64,000 nucleotides of DNA from Gemmatimonadales bacterium (GCA_050183815.1 JBFXAY010000005.1:26861-90860); one strand, 5' to 3'. Shown: positions 1 to 10,017, counted from the stretch's first letter. Numbers and translations are program-made. Notes: generated by a model from the sequence alone, not told the origin.

Positions 1-2315
1 TCAGCGAGAAGGACTTCTTCTTCATCGACCTCTGGCTCGCCGATGGCAACACCGGCAAGCCGATCCGCCGGCTGCTCAAGACGAGCGTGAGCGGCAGCTA
101 CGAATCGTTCCGCTACATCACCTCGTCCGCGGCCTGGTCAGAGGACGGCTCGATGCTGGCCTTCGCCGCCAAGCGCAGCGGCAAGGACGACATCGTGATC
201 GTCGACCCGGCCCGCAACCGGGAAATCCGCCGGATCTCGGTCCCGCTCTCCGGCGTGACCACGCCGACGTTCAGCCCCGACGGCACCAAACTGGTGTTTA
301 CCGGGCTCGACGGCGGCCTGTCCGACCTGTTCACGGTCAACATCGACGGGACCGGGCTGACCCGGCTCACGACCGACAAGTTCGCCGAACTGCATCCGAC
401 CTGGTCGCCGGACGGTTCGACGATCGCGTTCGCCACCGACCGCGGCCCGGAAACGGACTTCGAGACCCTCAAGTGGGGCGATCTGCGGCTGGCCCTCTAC
501 CACGTGGCGGACGGCCGGGTTGAACTGCTGCCGGGCACCGACCAGGGGCGGAACTCGAATCCGCAGTGGGCGCCGGACGGCCGCTCCATCGCGTTCGTAT
601 CCGACCGCGACAACGTCGCGAACCTCTATCTCTACGATTTCGCCGATCGGGAGGTCTACCGCCTCACCGACTTCTACACCGGCATTCAGGGCATCACCCC
701 GCTCTCGCCGGTGATCTCCTGGGCCCGGGGCGCCGACCGGATCGCGTTCGTCTACTTCGAGCAGGGCAAGTACGACGTCTATTCGCTCGCCAATCCGCGC
801 GCCGCGAAGAAAGAGCCGTGGCGCCCGTCGATGGCCACCCGGCAGCAGGTGCTGGTCCAGAGCCAGCCGGTACAGTTCGTCCCGCCGCCGGTCCAGGACA
901 CCGCGCCCAAGCCGCCCCAGGTCCTGAGTTCCGCCTCGATCTACCGCGGCCCGACCGGGTTCCGGCGGACCGACTCCCTGGGCGCGATCCCCGATTCCCT
1001 CCGGGCGCCGGCGCCGGTCACGATCGCCAAGCTGCTCGACTCGGTCGACATCCCGGCTCCCGACACGATCGACTTCGTCCACAAGCCGTACAAGGCGAAG
1101 TTCGAACCGGAGTACGTCGCCCGGCCGACGATCGGCTACGTCCGCGACAATTTCGGCCGGGGGGTCACCGGCTCGGCCACGATCGTGCTCGGCGACATGC
1201 TGTCCAACCAGCAGATGGTCTTCGGCGCCTCGCTCAACGGCCGGCTACCCGAAACCCAGTTCCTGGCCCAGTACATCAATCTCAAACGGCGGCTCAACTG
1301 GGGCATCGGAATCCAGCAGCAGCCGTACTTCTTCTACGACTACTCGTCGATCGAGGCCGGGCCGTCGTCGCAGGAGAACACGTACATCACCAACATCCAG
1401 CGGCTCGTCCTCCGGGACATCAACGGCATCGCCTACTATCCGTTCAGCCGTTTCTCGCGGGTGGAGGGTTCGCTCAGCCTCGCCAACGTCAGCAACGATC
1501 TCCTTCAGATCCGGGAGCCGTACTTCATCGTGAACGGCGTCCCGAGCCGGGAACCGACGATCGAAACCGTGAACCTGGAGAACATCACCTATCTCCAGCC
1601 GTCGCTGGCGTACGTCTACGACAACTCCCTGTCGGCCTACGTCGGTCCGTTCATGGGGCGGCGGTCGCGGTTCGAGGTGGCGCAGAACCTCGAGGTCTTC
1701 GGCACCGGCTGGAAGTTCACGTCGATCACGGCCGACAACCGGCGCTACGACCGGATCGCCGGCAACCTGACGCTCGCCACCCGCCAGTTGTTCATCGGGC
1801 GGATGGGACGCGACGAGAGTCGGTTCCGGTTTTTCGGCGGCAACACCGAACTCATCCGGGGCTACACCGCCGGGTCGATCAGCCGGAACGAGTGCTACGA
1901 CGACTCCGGCACCGCCGGCTCGTTCAGCGGCTGCTCGAAATTCGACGAGTTGATCGGAACCCGGGCGGCGGTCTTCAATGCCGAACTGCGGCTGCCCCTG
2001 ATCGCACCCGGCATCGGCGTAATCCCGTTGCGCGGCTTCCCCGGGGCCCTCGAGGGTGCCGCGTTCTTCGACGCCGGCGTGTTCTGGGAGAAGGGCATGT
2101 CGGTCGCCCTCAGCGGCGAGTCGACGCCCTGCAGCTTCGATTCATCGACCGGCCAGTCCCTTGGCGGCTGCACCCGGACACCGCTCACGAGCTTCGGACT
2201 TTCGCTCCGGGCCAATCTCCTTAATTTCGTGATCCTGCGCCTGGACTACGCCAGGCCGCTGCAGCGCACGGGCATAGGGGGAGTGTGGACGATCAGCCTC
2301 GGACCGACGTTCTGA
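1..2315 (+). CDS. 5'-truncated outer-membrane protein: PD40/TolB-like beta-propeller repeats fused to a C-terminal Omp85 (bacterial surface antigen/D15) beta-barrel
   Basis: The frame is open from the window edge; 87 is only the first Met in the ORF track. PD40-type blades recur (FSPDGTKLVF, WSPDGSTIAF, WAPDGRSIAF). The C-terminal half has an Omp85-like FGGNTELIRGY motif and ends in an aromatic beta-signal, ISLGPTF. Confidence 0.8.
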   Translation, partial: SEKDFFFIDLWLADGNTGKPIRRLLKTSVSGSYESFRYITSSAAWSEDGSMLAFAAKRSGKDDIVIVDPARNREIRRISVPLSGVTTPTFSPDGTKLVFTGLDGGLSDLFTVNIDGTGLTRLTTDKFAELHPTWSPDGSTIAFATDRGPETDFETLKWGDLRLALYHVADGRVELLPGTDQGRNSNPQWAPDGRSIAFVSDRDNVANLYLYDFADREVYRLTDFYTGIQGITPLSPVISWARGADRIAFVYFEQGKYDVYSLANPRAAKKEPWRPSMATRQQVLVQSQPVQFVPPPVQDTAPKPPQVLSSASIYRGPTGFRRTDSLGAIPDSLRAPAPVTIAKLLDSVDIPAPDTIDFVHKPYKAKFEPEYVARPTIGYVRDNFGRGVTGSATIVLGDMLSNQQMVFGASLNGRLPETQFLAQYINLKRRLNWGIGIQQQPYFFYDYSSIEAGPSSQENTYITNIQRLVLRDINGIAYYPFSRFSRVEGSLSLANVSNDLLQIREPYFIVNGVPSREPTIETVNLENITYLQPSLAYVYDNSLSAYVGPFMGRRSRFEVAQNLEVFGTGWKFTSITADNRRYDRIAGNLTLATRQLFIGRMGRDESRFRFFGGNTELIRGYTAGSISRNECYDDSGTAGSFSGCSKFDELIGTRAAVFNAELRLPLIAPGIGVIPLRGFPGALEGAAFFDAGVFWEKGMSVALSGESTPCSFDSSTGQSLGGCTRTPLTSFGLSLRANLLNFVILRLDYARPLQRTGIGGVWTISLGPTF

Positions 2316-3742
2316 TCCGCCGGACGGCAGCGGGGCCCGCGACCACGATCGGCTCGTTGGTCGCGGGCCTTCTGCTTGCCGCCGGGTGCGGCGGCGGCGA
2401 GGATCAGGTGCCCCCCGACCTCCCCGCCATCGGGGGCCAGGTCGCCATCGTCCGGGTCCCGGCCGGCGGCGGCCCGGTGGCGGCCTACGACCCCGACAGC
2501 CTGGCCACCCCGATCTGGACGAGCCGCTCGGACGTCCCCGCCGTCCGGGAAGTCCTCGGCATCAATCCCGACTCCCGCCTCCTCATGGCGGTCGACGAGT
2601 CGAAGAACCTCTTCGCCATCGATCTCGAGGCCCGCGGCCTCCGGCAACTCGGCCAGCGGGTGGATGGAGCCGCCATGGCCGCCGATGGCTCGGTCTACTC
2701 CTTCAACGCAGACCGGCGGGTCAGCCGCTTCCAGGCCGGGCTGCCCTCGGTGTACCGCACCCCGCTGCCGGTCCCGCCGGTCTTCCAGACGGCCACCCTC
2801 GGCAATCGCTATATCGCCGTGGTCGGCACCAAACCACGGCAGCTGCTGATTCTCGGTCCGGACGAGGTACTCTCCAAGACGGACATCGGCGACGGTCCGC
2901 TCGCCGCGACCGAATGGGCCGACCTGGTGGCGGTGGCCCGTGGCGGCGACGTCGACCTCTACCAGACCGAGGAGCCCTTCGGGAGCCGGCAGTACCGGGC
3001 TGAGGCGGTCCCCACCCGGGTGGCGTTCAGCCCGTCCGGACACCGGCTCTACGTGGCCCACGACGACCCGGTCCTCGAGGTCGTGGACCGATACTCGCTC
3101 ACCCGGATCACCGCCATTCGGCTGCCCGGCGCCCCGGCGGCCCTCCGCCTCGACGCCACCGGCCGCTGGCTCCTGGCCCGCGCCGACCTCGGCGACAGCA
3201 CCTGGGTCGTCGACCTGGCGACCAACCGGCTGGTCGGGACCGTCGGCAGCGACTGGACCGTCGATCTGCCGACCGTGGCCGGGGCCGGCACCCTGCTGGC
3301 CAGCCGCGACGGCGATCTGGCCGCCATCGACCTCACCCGGTCGGGCCTCCCCGAGCGGGGCCGGATCTCGGGCGCCGCCGACGATTTCTGGCTGGTGACC
3401 ACCTGGCTCCCGCGGGAGCGGAAATCGCTCGCCGCCGCCGCCGCGGAATCGGTCCTGGTGGCCCAGGACAGTGCCCTCGTCGGCGATACGCCGGACCTCG
3501 CCGCCTCGGTCGACCGCCTCTACCTTCAGGTCAGCCACTCCCAGAACGCGGTGTGGTCCCGCGATTTCGCGAAACAACTCACCGCCGGGGGCTATCCGGC
3601 CCGGGTCATCGAGCCGACCAACCCCGACGACGGGTACCGGGTGGTGATCGGTCCCTACCCGAGCCGGGACGCCGCGGAGGAGGCCGGCCGCAAGCTTGAC
3701 AGGCCGTATTTCGTCCTCACGAACCCGCCGTTCCGAGAGTAG
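2285..3742 (+). CDS. lipoprotein with beta-propeller-like repeats and a C-terminal SPOR (septal peptidoglycan-binding) domain
   Basis: GTG start. Basic n-region followed by lipobox LLAAGC. The C-terminal ~75 aa fit the SPOR pattern (LQVSHSQNAVWSRDFAKQL...GYRVVIGPYPSRDAAEEAGRKL). Overlaps the upstream CDS by 31 nt. Confidence 0.75.
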   Translation: MDDQPRTDVLIRRTAAGPATTIGSLVAGLLLAAGCGGGEDQVPPDLPAIGGQVAIVRVPAGGGPVAAYDPDSLATPIWTSRSDVPAVREVLGINPDSRLLMAVDESKNLFAIDLEARGLRQLGQRVDGAAMAADGSVYSFNADRRVSRFQAGLPSVYRTPLPVPPVFQTATLGNRYIAVVGTKPRQLLILGPDEVLSKTDIGDGPLAATEWADLVAVARGGDVDLYQTEEPFGSRQYRAEAVPTRVAFSPSGHRLYVAHDDPVLEVVDRYSLTRITAIRLPGAPAALRLDATGRWLLARADLGDSTWVVDLATNRLVGTVGSDWTVDLPTVAGAGTLLASRDGDLAAIDLTRSGLPERGRISGAADDFWLVTTWLPRERKSLAAAAAESVLVAQDSALVGDTPDLAASVDRLYLQVSHSQNAVWSRDFAKQLTAGGYPARVIEPTNPDDGYRVVIGPYPSRDAAEEAGRKLDRPYFVLTNPPFRE

Positions 3743-3822
3743 CCCCGGCGCCTTCCTCCCGACTATTTTTCGTGATTCGCGGCCCCCGCGGCCGAGCCAG
3801 AGAACCGCCCACCGGATCGCCC

Positions 3823-6800
3823 ATGAAACTGCTCAAGCTGGAGCTCTCCGGCTTCAAGTCGTTCGCTGATACCGTCACTCTCGAATTCGATCATGGCGTC
3901 ACCGCCATCGTGGGTCCCAACGGCTGCGGCAAGTCGAATGTCTCCGACGCCGTCCGCTGGGTGCTGGGCGAAACGTCGGCGCGGTTGCTGCGCGGCGGCA
4001 AGATGGAGGACGTCATCTTCCAGGGGTCGGTCAACCGGCGCCCCGTGAACGTCACCGAAGTTTCTCTCTACCTCGACAACGCCGACGGCGATCTGCCGAT
4101 CGCCTACAACGAAGTGGTCATTACCCGGCGGCTGAGCCGCGCCGGCACCAGCGAGTACTTCATCAACAAGAGCCCCGTGCGGCTCCGCGACGTCAACGAC
4201 CTGCTCCGCGGCACCGGCCTCGGCAGCGACGCCGGCGTCGTGATGGAAGCGAAGATGATCGACCTCCTCCTCTCCGACCGGGCCGACGAGCGCCGGTCGC
4301 TGTTCGAGGAAGCCGCCGGCATCGGCCTCTACCGCGACCGGAAGCACTCGACCGAGCGGCGACTCGAGGAAACCGCGGCCGATCTCCAGCGGCTGGAGGA
4401 TCTCCTCACTGAAGTGCAGTCGCAGATCCGGAGCCTGGCCCGGCAGAAGGGGAAAGCCGAGCGGCACGGCAAGCTGATGGAGGAGAAGTTCTCCGTGCAG
4501 CTGACCCTCGCCCGCCGGGTCCTCGACGAGCTGGCCGAGCGCGCGAGCGGGATGTCGGCGCGGCACGAGGAGCTCAAGGAAGCGCTCCCCCGGCTCCGCG
4601 AGCAGCTCGCCGAGGCCAGCACCCTGCAGGACACCCGCGCCCGGGAACGCGGCAAGGCCGAGGAGCACCGCGCCATCGTGGCCCGGGAACTGGCCCAGAT
4701 CCAGGTGGCCCTCGGCAAGCTGGACGGCGACCTCGCCGTGGCCGCCGAGCGGCTCGCCCACACCCGGGCCCGCCGCCAGCGGGACGAGGAAGAACGGCAG
4801 CAGGTCGAGGTCCGCACCCAGCAGGCATCGCTCGAGCGCGACCAGGCGGATGCGGATCGCACGGAGGCCGAAGCGGAGCACCAGCGGATCCACGAGACCC
4901 TCGCCGCCCGGGCCACGGTCGAGGAGGCCGTCCGCCAGCGCCTCTCGACCCACCGCGACGAAGTGCGCCAGTTGGAACAGGCGCTCCACGCCCAGACCCA
5001 ATCGCTCCGGACCCTCGAGGGCGAGCGCTTGGCGCTGGAAGGCGATCTCGCCTCGCAGCGCGAGTCGCTGGCTCAGCAGCAGGCCCATGTCGCCGGCCTG
5101 GCGCAAGATTTCTCGGAGGTGGAGACCCGCGCGCAGACCGCCGAGCAGGAGGCGCTCGACCGTAACCGGGACACCCTGATGGCCACGGCGGCCTCCGACC
5201 GGGCCCGGCACCTGGTGTCCGAAACCCGCGAACGCGAAGCCGTCGAGCGGGACGAACGGCGCCTCGCCGAGGAGAGCCTCGCCCAACTCACCGCGCGGCG
5301 CCAGGCACTGGAGGAATTGGAGCGCGACCGGGTCGGCCTGGCCCCGGCCGCCCAGGCGCTGCTCGGCGCCCGGGAGCGGTTCGGAGACGCGGTCCTGGGC
5401 CCGCTGTCCGACTTCATCAGCACCAATCGCGAAGACGCCGAGTTGGCCGAACGGCTCCTCGGCGAGTGGATGCACGCGATCCTGGTGCGTGACTGGAACA
5501 CCGTCAACGCGATCCATACCTGGTACGAGTCCGAACAGCCGGGATCGCTCGTGCTGCTGCCGGTGGAGCCGGGACCGGCCGAAGACGGCCAGGGGACCCA
5601 CCCGCTCACCAACCGCCTCTCGGCGGAAGGACCGGCGGCTGCCTGGATCGATGCTCTGCTCCGGGGATCTGAGGTACTCCACCCGTCGGGCCGGGTCCTC
5701 AAGCGCCGGAGCGGCGCGGTGCTCCTCACCGGCGCGGCGGCCCCGTCGGGTCCGATCCGGCGGCGGGCCGACCTCGCCGCGCTCACGAGCGACATCGATT
5801 CCCAGAGCAGCCAGCTCGCGGCCATCGTCTCTCGGCTCACCGCCACCCGCGAACGCCTCGTCGAGGCCGAGCGGGTGGCCAACGAGGCGCAACAGGTCCT
5901 GGAACAGGCGCGGGAGCGGGAACGCCACGCCGTGGTGGCACGCGACGATGCGAACCGCCTGCTCCTCTCCCTCGGCCGCGAAAAGGCGGACGCCGAAACG
6001 CAGCTCAATCGCCTCGGGGACCGCATCGACCGGGCCACGGCCCGCCAGACGGAAGTCGGCGCTGCCCTCAAGGACGGCGAACTGGCCCGGCTCCGGCAGG
6101 AAGAGGCGCTCACCACCGCCCGGGCCACGCTGGCCAGCCTCGAGGGCGAGCAGGAAACCGCCCGCGAGGAGCGGGTCCACTGGCAGGTCCAGGAAGCCCA
6201 CGTCGGCGCCCGCCTTCGGGCCACGACGGAACGGCTCGACCGCGCAACGCAGACGATCGAGTTGGCCCGTCAGGCCAGCGAGGCGCTGGCCTCCGAGATC
6301 GCCCAGCTCGCGGTGGAAACCGGCGAACTGGAAACCCAGCACCAGGGGTGGCTCGAGCAGCGACAGGACCGGATCGTCGCCCTGACGGAACTGGAGGCGG
6401 CGGTCGCCAACGCGGAAGCCGGCCTCACCGCCGCCAACGCCGGCCTGCAGGAGGCCGAGCAGACGGTGGCCGAACTCCGCCAGGAACTCGAGGGCGCCAA
6501 CGAGGAGTTCCACCATCTCGAAGTCGAACTGACCGAGGTGGCCGGCGTCCGCCGCAGCGTCATCGAGCGGGTCGAGACCGAATGGCGCTCGCCGTTCGAC
6601 GACCTCATGGGCCGGCTCCAGCCCCTCGACCTCGACCGCGAGACGCTCGAAGCCGAAATGACGCGGATCGTCCAGTCGCTCGAATCGATCGGTCCGGTCA
6701 ACCCGCTGGCCGTGGAGGAACACGCCGAGGAAACCAAGCGCCACGAGTTCCTCACCGCCCAGCGCGACGATCTCGTCGCGGCCCGGCAGAGTCTCCTGCA

Positions 6801-7299
6801 GGCCATCCGGGAAATCGATGGCACCGCCAAGACGCTGTTCCTGGAAACCTTCGCCGCGGTCCAGGCGAACTTCCAGAAGGTGTTCCAGACGCTCTTCGGC
6901 GGCGGCGAGTGCGACCTCCGGCTCTCCAACCAGGAGGACCCGCTCGAAGCCGAGATCGAGATCCACGCCGCACCGCGCGGCAAGAAGACCCAGCGGATCC
7001 ACCTGCTCAGCTCGGGCGAGCGCACCCTGGTGGCGGTCTCGCTGCTTTTCAGCATCTACCTCACCAAGCCGAGCCCCTTCTGCCTCATGGACGAAGTGGA
7101 CGCGCCGCTCGACGACTCCAACGTCGGCCGGTTCACCAACCTCCTGCACGAGTTCAAGGGCTCGACCCAGTTCGTGGTCATCACCCACAACCCCCGCACC
7201 ATGCAGGCGGCCGACGCGGTCTTCGGCGTCACGATGCAGGAGCCCGGCGTGTCCACGATCGTCGGCGTCCGGCTCGGGGAGACGGAGCGGGCGGCCTGA
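3823..7299 (+). CDS. smc: chromosome segregation protein SMC
   Basis: MKLLKLELSGFKSF N-terminus, Walker A GPNGCGKSN, long coiled-coil arms, signature LSSGERTL and Walker B FCLMDEVDAPLD. The ATG at 3823 is preferred over the ORF-track start at 3772. Confidence 0.95.
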   Translation: MKLLKLELSGFKSFADTVTLEFDHGVTAIVGPNGCGKSNVSDAVRWVLGETSARLLRGGKMEDVIFQGSVNRRPVNVTEVSLYLDNADGDLPIAYNEVVITRRLSRAGTSEYFINKSPVRLRDVNDLLRGTGLGSDAGVVMEAKMIDLLLSDRADERRSLFEEAAGIGLYRDRKHSTERRLEETAADLQRLEDLLTEVQSQIRSLARQKGKAERHGKLMEEKFSVQLTLARRVLDELAERASGMSARHEELKEALPRLREQLAEASTLQDTRARERGKAEEHRAIVARELAQIQVALGKLDGDLAVAAERLAHTRARRQRDEEERQQVEVRTQQASLERDQADADRTEAEAEHQRIHETLAARATVEEAVRQRLSTHRDEVRQLEQALHAQTQSLRTLEGERLALEGDLASQRESLAQQQAHVAGLAQDFSEVETRAQTAEQEALDRNRDTLMATAASDRARHLVSETREREAVERDERRLAEESLAQLTARRQALEELERDRVGLAPAAQALLGARERFGDAVLGPLSDFISTNREDAELAERLLGEWMHAILVRDWNTVNAIHTWYESEQPGSLVLLPVEPGPAEDGQGTHPLTNRLSAEGPAAAWIDALLRGSEVLHPSGRVLKRRSGAVLLTGAAAPSGPIRRRADLAALTSDIDSQSSQLAAIVSRLTATRERLVEAERVANEAQQVLEQARERERHAVVARDDANRLLLSLGREKADAETQLNRLGDRIDRATARQTEVGAALKDGELARLRQEEALTTARATLASLEGEQETAREERVHWQVQEAHVGARLRATTERLDRATQTIELARQASEALASEIAQLAVETGELETQHQGWLEQRQDRIVALTELEAAVANAEAGLTAANAGLQEAEQTVAELRQELEGANEEFHHLEVELTEVAGVRRSVIERVETEWRSPFDDLMGRLQPLDLDRETLEAEMTRIVQSLESIGPVNPLAVEEHAEETKRHEFLTAQRDDLVAARQSLLQAIREIDGTAKTLFLETFAAVQANFQKVFQTLFGGGECDLRLSNQEDPLEAEIEIHAAPRGKKTQRIHLLSSGERTLVAVSLLFSIYLTKPSPFCLMDEVDAPLDDSNVGRFTNLLHEFKGSTQFVVITHNPRTMQAADAVFGVTMQEPGVSTIVGVRLGETERAA

Positions 7300-7326
7300 G
7301 CCGGCGGGTCCTCCTTCCCGGGCCAG

Positions 7327-7362
7327 CCCCCGGAGCGCGCGGCAATCGCGTCGCTCCGGGGG
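7327..7362 (+). terminator. strong GC hairpin between smc and the lolA-like gene (terminator-like; no clear U-tract)
   Basis: CCCCCGGAGCG (7327-7337) pairs perfectly with CGCTCCGGGGG (7352-7362). An inner CGCG/CGCG extension is possible. Confidence 0.35.
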
Positions 7363-7382
7363 TCAGGCGCATCTTTCGGAGG

Positions 7383-8045
7383 ATGAGCCGGTTTGCTCTT
7401 GCTCTCCTCCCGGCCCTCGCGCTGCTGCCGGGCGCCGCTGCGGCCCAGGATCCGGTGGCCATCGTGGGCCGCGCCGGCCGGGTATACCGCGGACTGTCAT
7501 CGCTCCGGGCGGACTTCACCCAGATCATCGAAGACCGGTCCCAGGGCGACACGCTCACGAGTCGCGGCATCGTCTACCAGTCCGGCAACAATCTCTTCGC
7601 GATGCGGTTCTCCGACCCCGACGGCGAAGCGGTCGTGGTCGACGGCAAGTACATCTGGACCTACACGCCCAGCACCGCGCCTGACGTGGTGTATCGCCGC
7701 AACCTCCCCACCGACCCGGTGTACGGCGTCAACCTCCTGGCCCAGCTGCTCGACCGGCCTCAGGACCGGTACCAGACCACTTATCTGGCCCGCGATACCG
7801 TCCGCGGCCGGCCGGTCGACGTCGTGGAGTTGGTCCCGCTGACCCAAAGCGTCAGCTTCGCCCGAGCCCGCCTCTGGCTCGGAACCGATGATGCCCTGCC
7901 GCGCCGGATCATCCTCGACGAAGGGCCTGGATCGCGCCGGACCATCGATCTCACCTCGCTCCGCCCGAATGCGACGATCCCCCGTGGCACCTTCAAGTTC
8001 GAGGTGCCCTCGGGGGTTCGGATCATCGCTGATCCTGGTTTCTGA
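7383..8045 (+). CDS. LolA-like outer-membrane lipoprotein carrier / LolA-fold periplasmic protein
   Basis: Signal peptide MSRFALALLPALALLPGAAAAQD. LolA-family pattern: LRADFTQ..., GIVYQSGNNLFAMRF, VVVDGKYIWTY, FKFEVPSGVRII. This is the in-frame internal part of the 6348..8045 ORF. Confidence 0.8.
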   Translation: MSRFALALLPALALLPGAAAAQDPVAIVGRAGRVYRGLSSLRADFTQIIEDRSQGDTLTSRGIVYQSGNNLFAMRFSDPDGEAVVVDGKYIWTYTPSTAPDVVYRRNLPTDPVYGVNLLAQLLDRPQDRYQTTYLARDTVRGRPVDVVELVPLTQSVSFARARLWLGTDDALPRRIILDEGPGSRRTIDLTSLRPNATIPRGTFKFEVPSGVRIIADPGF

Positions 8046-8074
8046 ACCCAACGACCGGGCCGAGCCGGCCCCGG

Positions 8075-9385
8075 TCAGCTGGAAGTTTTGGCGATCGCCG
8101 CGACGAGGGCGCGGCGGTTCGGATGCTTGAGGAGGAGGTCGCGGGCCACCGCCAGGGCATCGTCGGCGCCGCTGCCCTCCGGACCGAGCGGAATGAGGCG
8201 GTCCGGGACGATGCCACCGCCCCCGAACACCGTCCGGCCGCCGTCGGTGGTAAACGTCGGACGGGTCTCGACGGTGTCGGCCGGCGCGGATGAACCATCC
8301 TCGACCGGCGGCAGTCGCTGGATCGTCCGGCCGCTCGGCGTCCGCCAGAGTTCCGTCAGCAACCTCAGGGCAAGCCCGTTGCCCACCGGATAGTACGACA
8401 CCGCCCCCGCCCGCCCGAAGGTCGTGGCACCGATCACCACCGCGCGGTCATGGTCCTGGAGCGCGCCGGCGAGCGCTTCGGCCGGCCCCGCCGTGCCCTG
8501 ATCGACGAGTACCACCACCGCGAGATCCGGCTGCGAGGCGACTCCCCTGGTGGTGACCACGGTCGAATCGCCCGGACCGCGTCCCACCGCCACCACGACC
8601 GACTGATCGCGCCCCAGCAGCGCGTCGCCCATGGCCACAACACCGTCCAGGGTGCCGCCCACGGCACCGCGGAGGTCGAGAACCAGCCCTCGTCCACCCC
8701 GCTGGCCAAGGCCGTCCAAGGCGGACCGCAGCGAGGCGGCGGCCTGGGAATCGACCGTGAACGCCCGGACCATCGCCAGATCGCCGTCGAGCGTCTCCAC
8801 TGAGGGCGCAGGCGGGGCCACGGCCGGACCCCGGACCAGGGATAGCCAGAGGGCCGGCGTGCCGGCTTCCCGACCGACCCGGACCCGAACCGTCGACCCA
8901 TCCGCACCACCCAGCAGCCGGGCGGCTTCCTCCGGCGTCTGGTGGCCCAAGGTGGTGTTCCCGATCCGGAGAATCGCATCGCCGGCGCGGGCGCCCGCGC
9001 GGGCGGCGGGCGACCCCGGGACGACCGCCACCACGGTGACCAGCCCATCCGACCAGTCGAGATACATCCCCTGCACTGCGTCGGGACCGAGCACCGTGCG
9101 CGGGCGGAGGGTGTCCGCGGCCGGAATCAGGGCCGCGTAGGGATCGGTGAGTTCGCCCAGCACGCCGGATGTCGCCAGTTGGTAGATCCGGCTGTCGTCG
9201 AGGGAGTCCACCGCGTAGTTGCGGACGGTTTCCACGACGGAATTGAAGAGCTTGGTGCCCTCTTCGGCGGTCCGCACGGTCGTTTCGGGCCGCGCCACAT
9301 TGGTCATGCCGCGCCGGAGCAGCCAGCCACCCGCGAAGAAAGCCGCCACGACCACGATGAAGGCGGCGACAACCCGAACTCGCAT
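8075..9385 (-). CDS. S41 C-terminal processing peptidase homolog (PDZ + S41 fold), apparently lacking the Ser/Lys dyad
   Basis: N-terminal TM anchor MRVRVVAAFIVVVAAFFAGGWLL, a PDZ-like region and the LDLRGAVGG box. The region VLVDQGTAGPAEALAGALQDHDRAVVIGATTFGRAG aligns to the S41 SASASE...TFGKG block. The start overlaps the tmk stop (TGATG). Confidence 0.85.
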   Translation of the reverse strand: MRVRVVAAFIVVVAAFFAGGWLLRRGMTNVARPETTVRTAEEGTKLFNSVVETVRNYAVDSLDDSRIYQLATSGVLGELTDPYAALIPAADTLRPRTVLGPDAVQGMYLDWSDGLVTVVAVVPGSPAARAGARAGDAILRIGNTTLGHQTPEEAARLLGGADGSTVRVRVGREAGTPALWLSLVRGPAVAPPAPSVETLDGDLAMVRAFTVDSQAAASLRSALDGLGQRGGRGLVLDLRGAVGGTLDGVVAMGDALLGRDQSVVVAVGRGPGDSTVVTTRGVASQPDLAVVVLVDQGTAGPAEALAGALQDHDRAVVIGATTFGRAGAVSYYPVGNGLALRLLTELWRTPSGRTIQRLPPVEDGSSAPADTVETRPTFTTDGGRTVFGGGGIVPDRLIPLGPEGSGADDALAVARDLLLKHPNRRALVAAIAKTSS

Positions 9386-10017
9386 CAGTCGATCGCTCCA
9401 AAAAGATCCGGACGGGCCTCGCGCAGCGCGGCCCCGGCCGCCTGACCGACCGCCTCGACGCCCAGCGACGCATCGAGGTGGACGATGCCCGGACCGGTCG
9501 CGGCCCGGTAGACGGCGGCCACCCGGGCGTGGAAATCGCCGTCTTCCTGGTCGAGGCGATCCTGCCGCTTCCCGGCACCGATCTGCCGCTCCCGCCCGGT
9601 CTCCGGCTTGATGTCGAGTACCAGGGTGAGATCGGGCGCCAGCCCGCCAGTCGCCGCGTGGTTGACCCACTCGACCTGCTCGGCCGGGAGCCCGCGCCCG
9701 CCGATCTGGTAGGCGCGGGTCGACAGGTCGTAGCGGTCGGACACCACCACCCGGTCGGCGTCCAGGGCCGGACGGATCACCTTGGCCACGAGGTCGGCCC
9801 GGGCGGCGGTCACATAGAGCAACTCGGCCTCGGGGGTCCAGGTCCGGTCGTCATGCAGCAACTCGGCCCGAAGCGCCTCGGCCGCCGGGGTGCCACCCGG
9901 CTCGCGCACGGTGACCGGCTCGATGCCGGCCGCGCGCAGCCGGGCCGCGAGGCCCTTGGTCAAGGTGCTCTTGCCGGCCCCTTCAGGGCCTTCGACCACG
10001 AGGAAGAACCCGGCCAT
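9385..10017 (-). CDS. tmk: thymidylate kinase
   Basis: FLVVEGPEGAGKST P-loop, REPGGT motif, typical length of 210 aa. Confidence 0.9.
   Translation of the reverse strand: MAGFFLVVEGPEGAGKSTLTKGLAARLRAAGIEPVTVREPGGTPAAEALRAELLHDDRTWTPEAELLYVTAARADLVAKVIRPALDADRVVVSDRYDLSTRAYQIGGRGLPAEQVEWVNHAATGGLAPDLTLVLDIKPETGRERQIGAGKRQDRLDQEDGDFHARVAAVYRAATGPGIVHLDASLGVEAVGQAAGAALREARPDLFGAID

Noticed and set aside
3763-7188. 1141-aa ORF on the minus strand
   Set aside because: It is exactly antisense to smc, which has unambiguous Walker A/B, signature and coiled-coil features. Its product is repetitive, rich in Arg/Gly/Glu/Leu/His, and has no motif. This is the typical open antisense frame of a high-GC gene.
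8053-8076. Imperfect hairpin between the convergent lolA-like and S41-homolog genes, as a bidirectional intrinsic terminator
   Set aside because: The stem needs a bulge, overlaps the stop codon and has no U-tract on either strand. The same caveat applies to the other GC hairpins, which I list only at low confidence.
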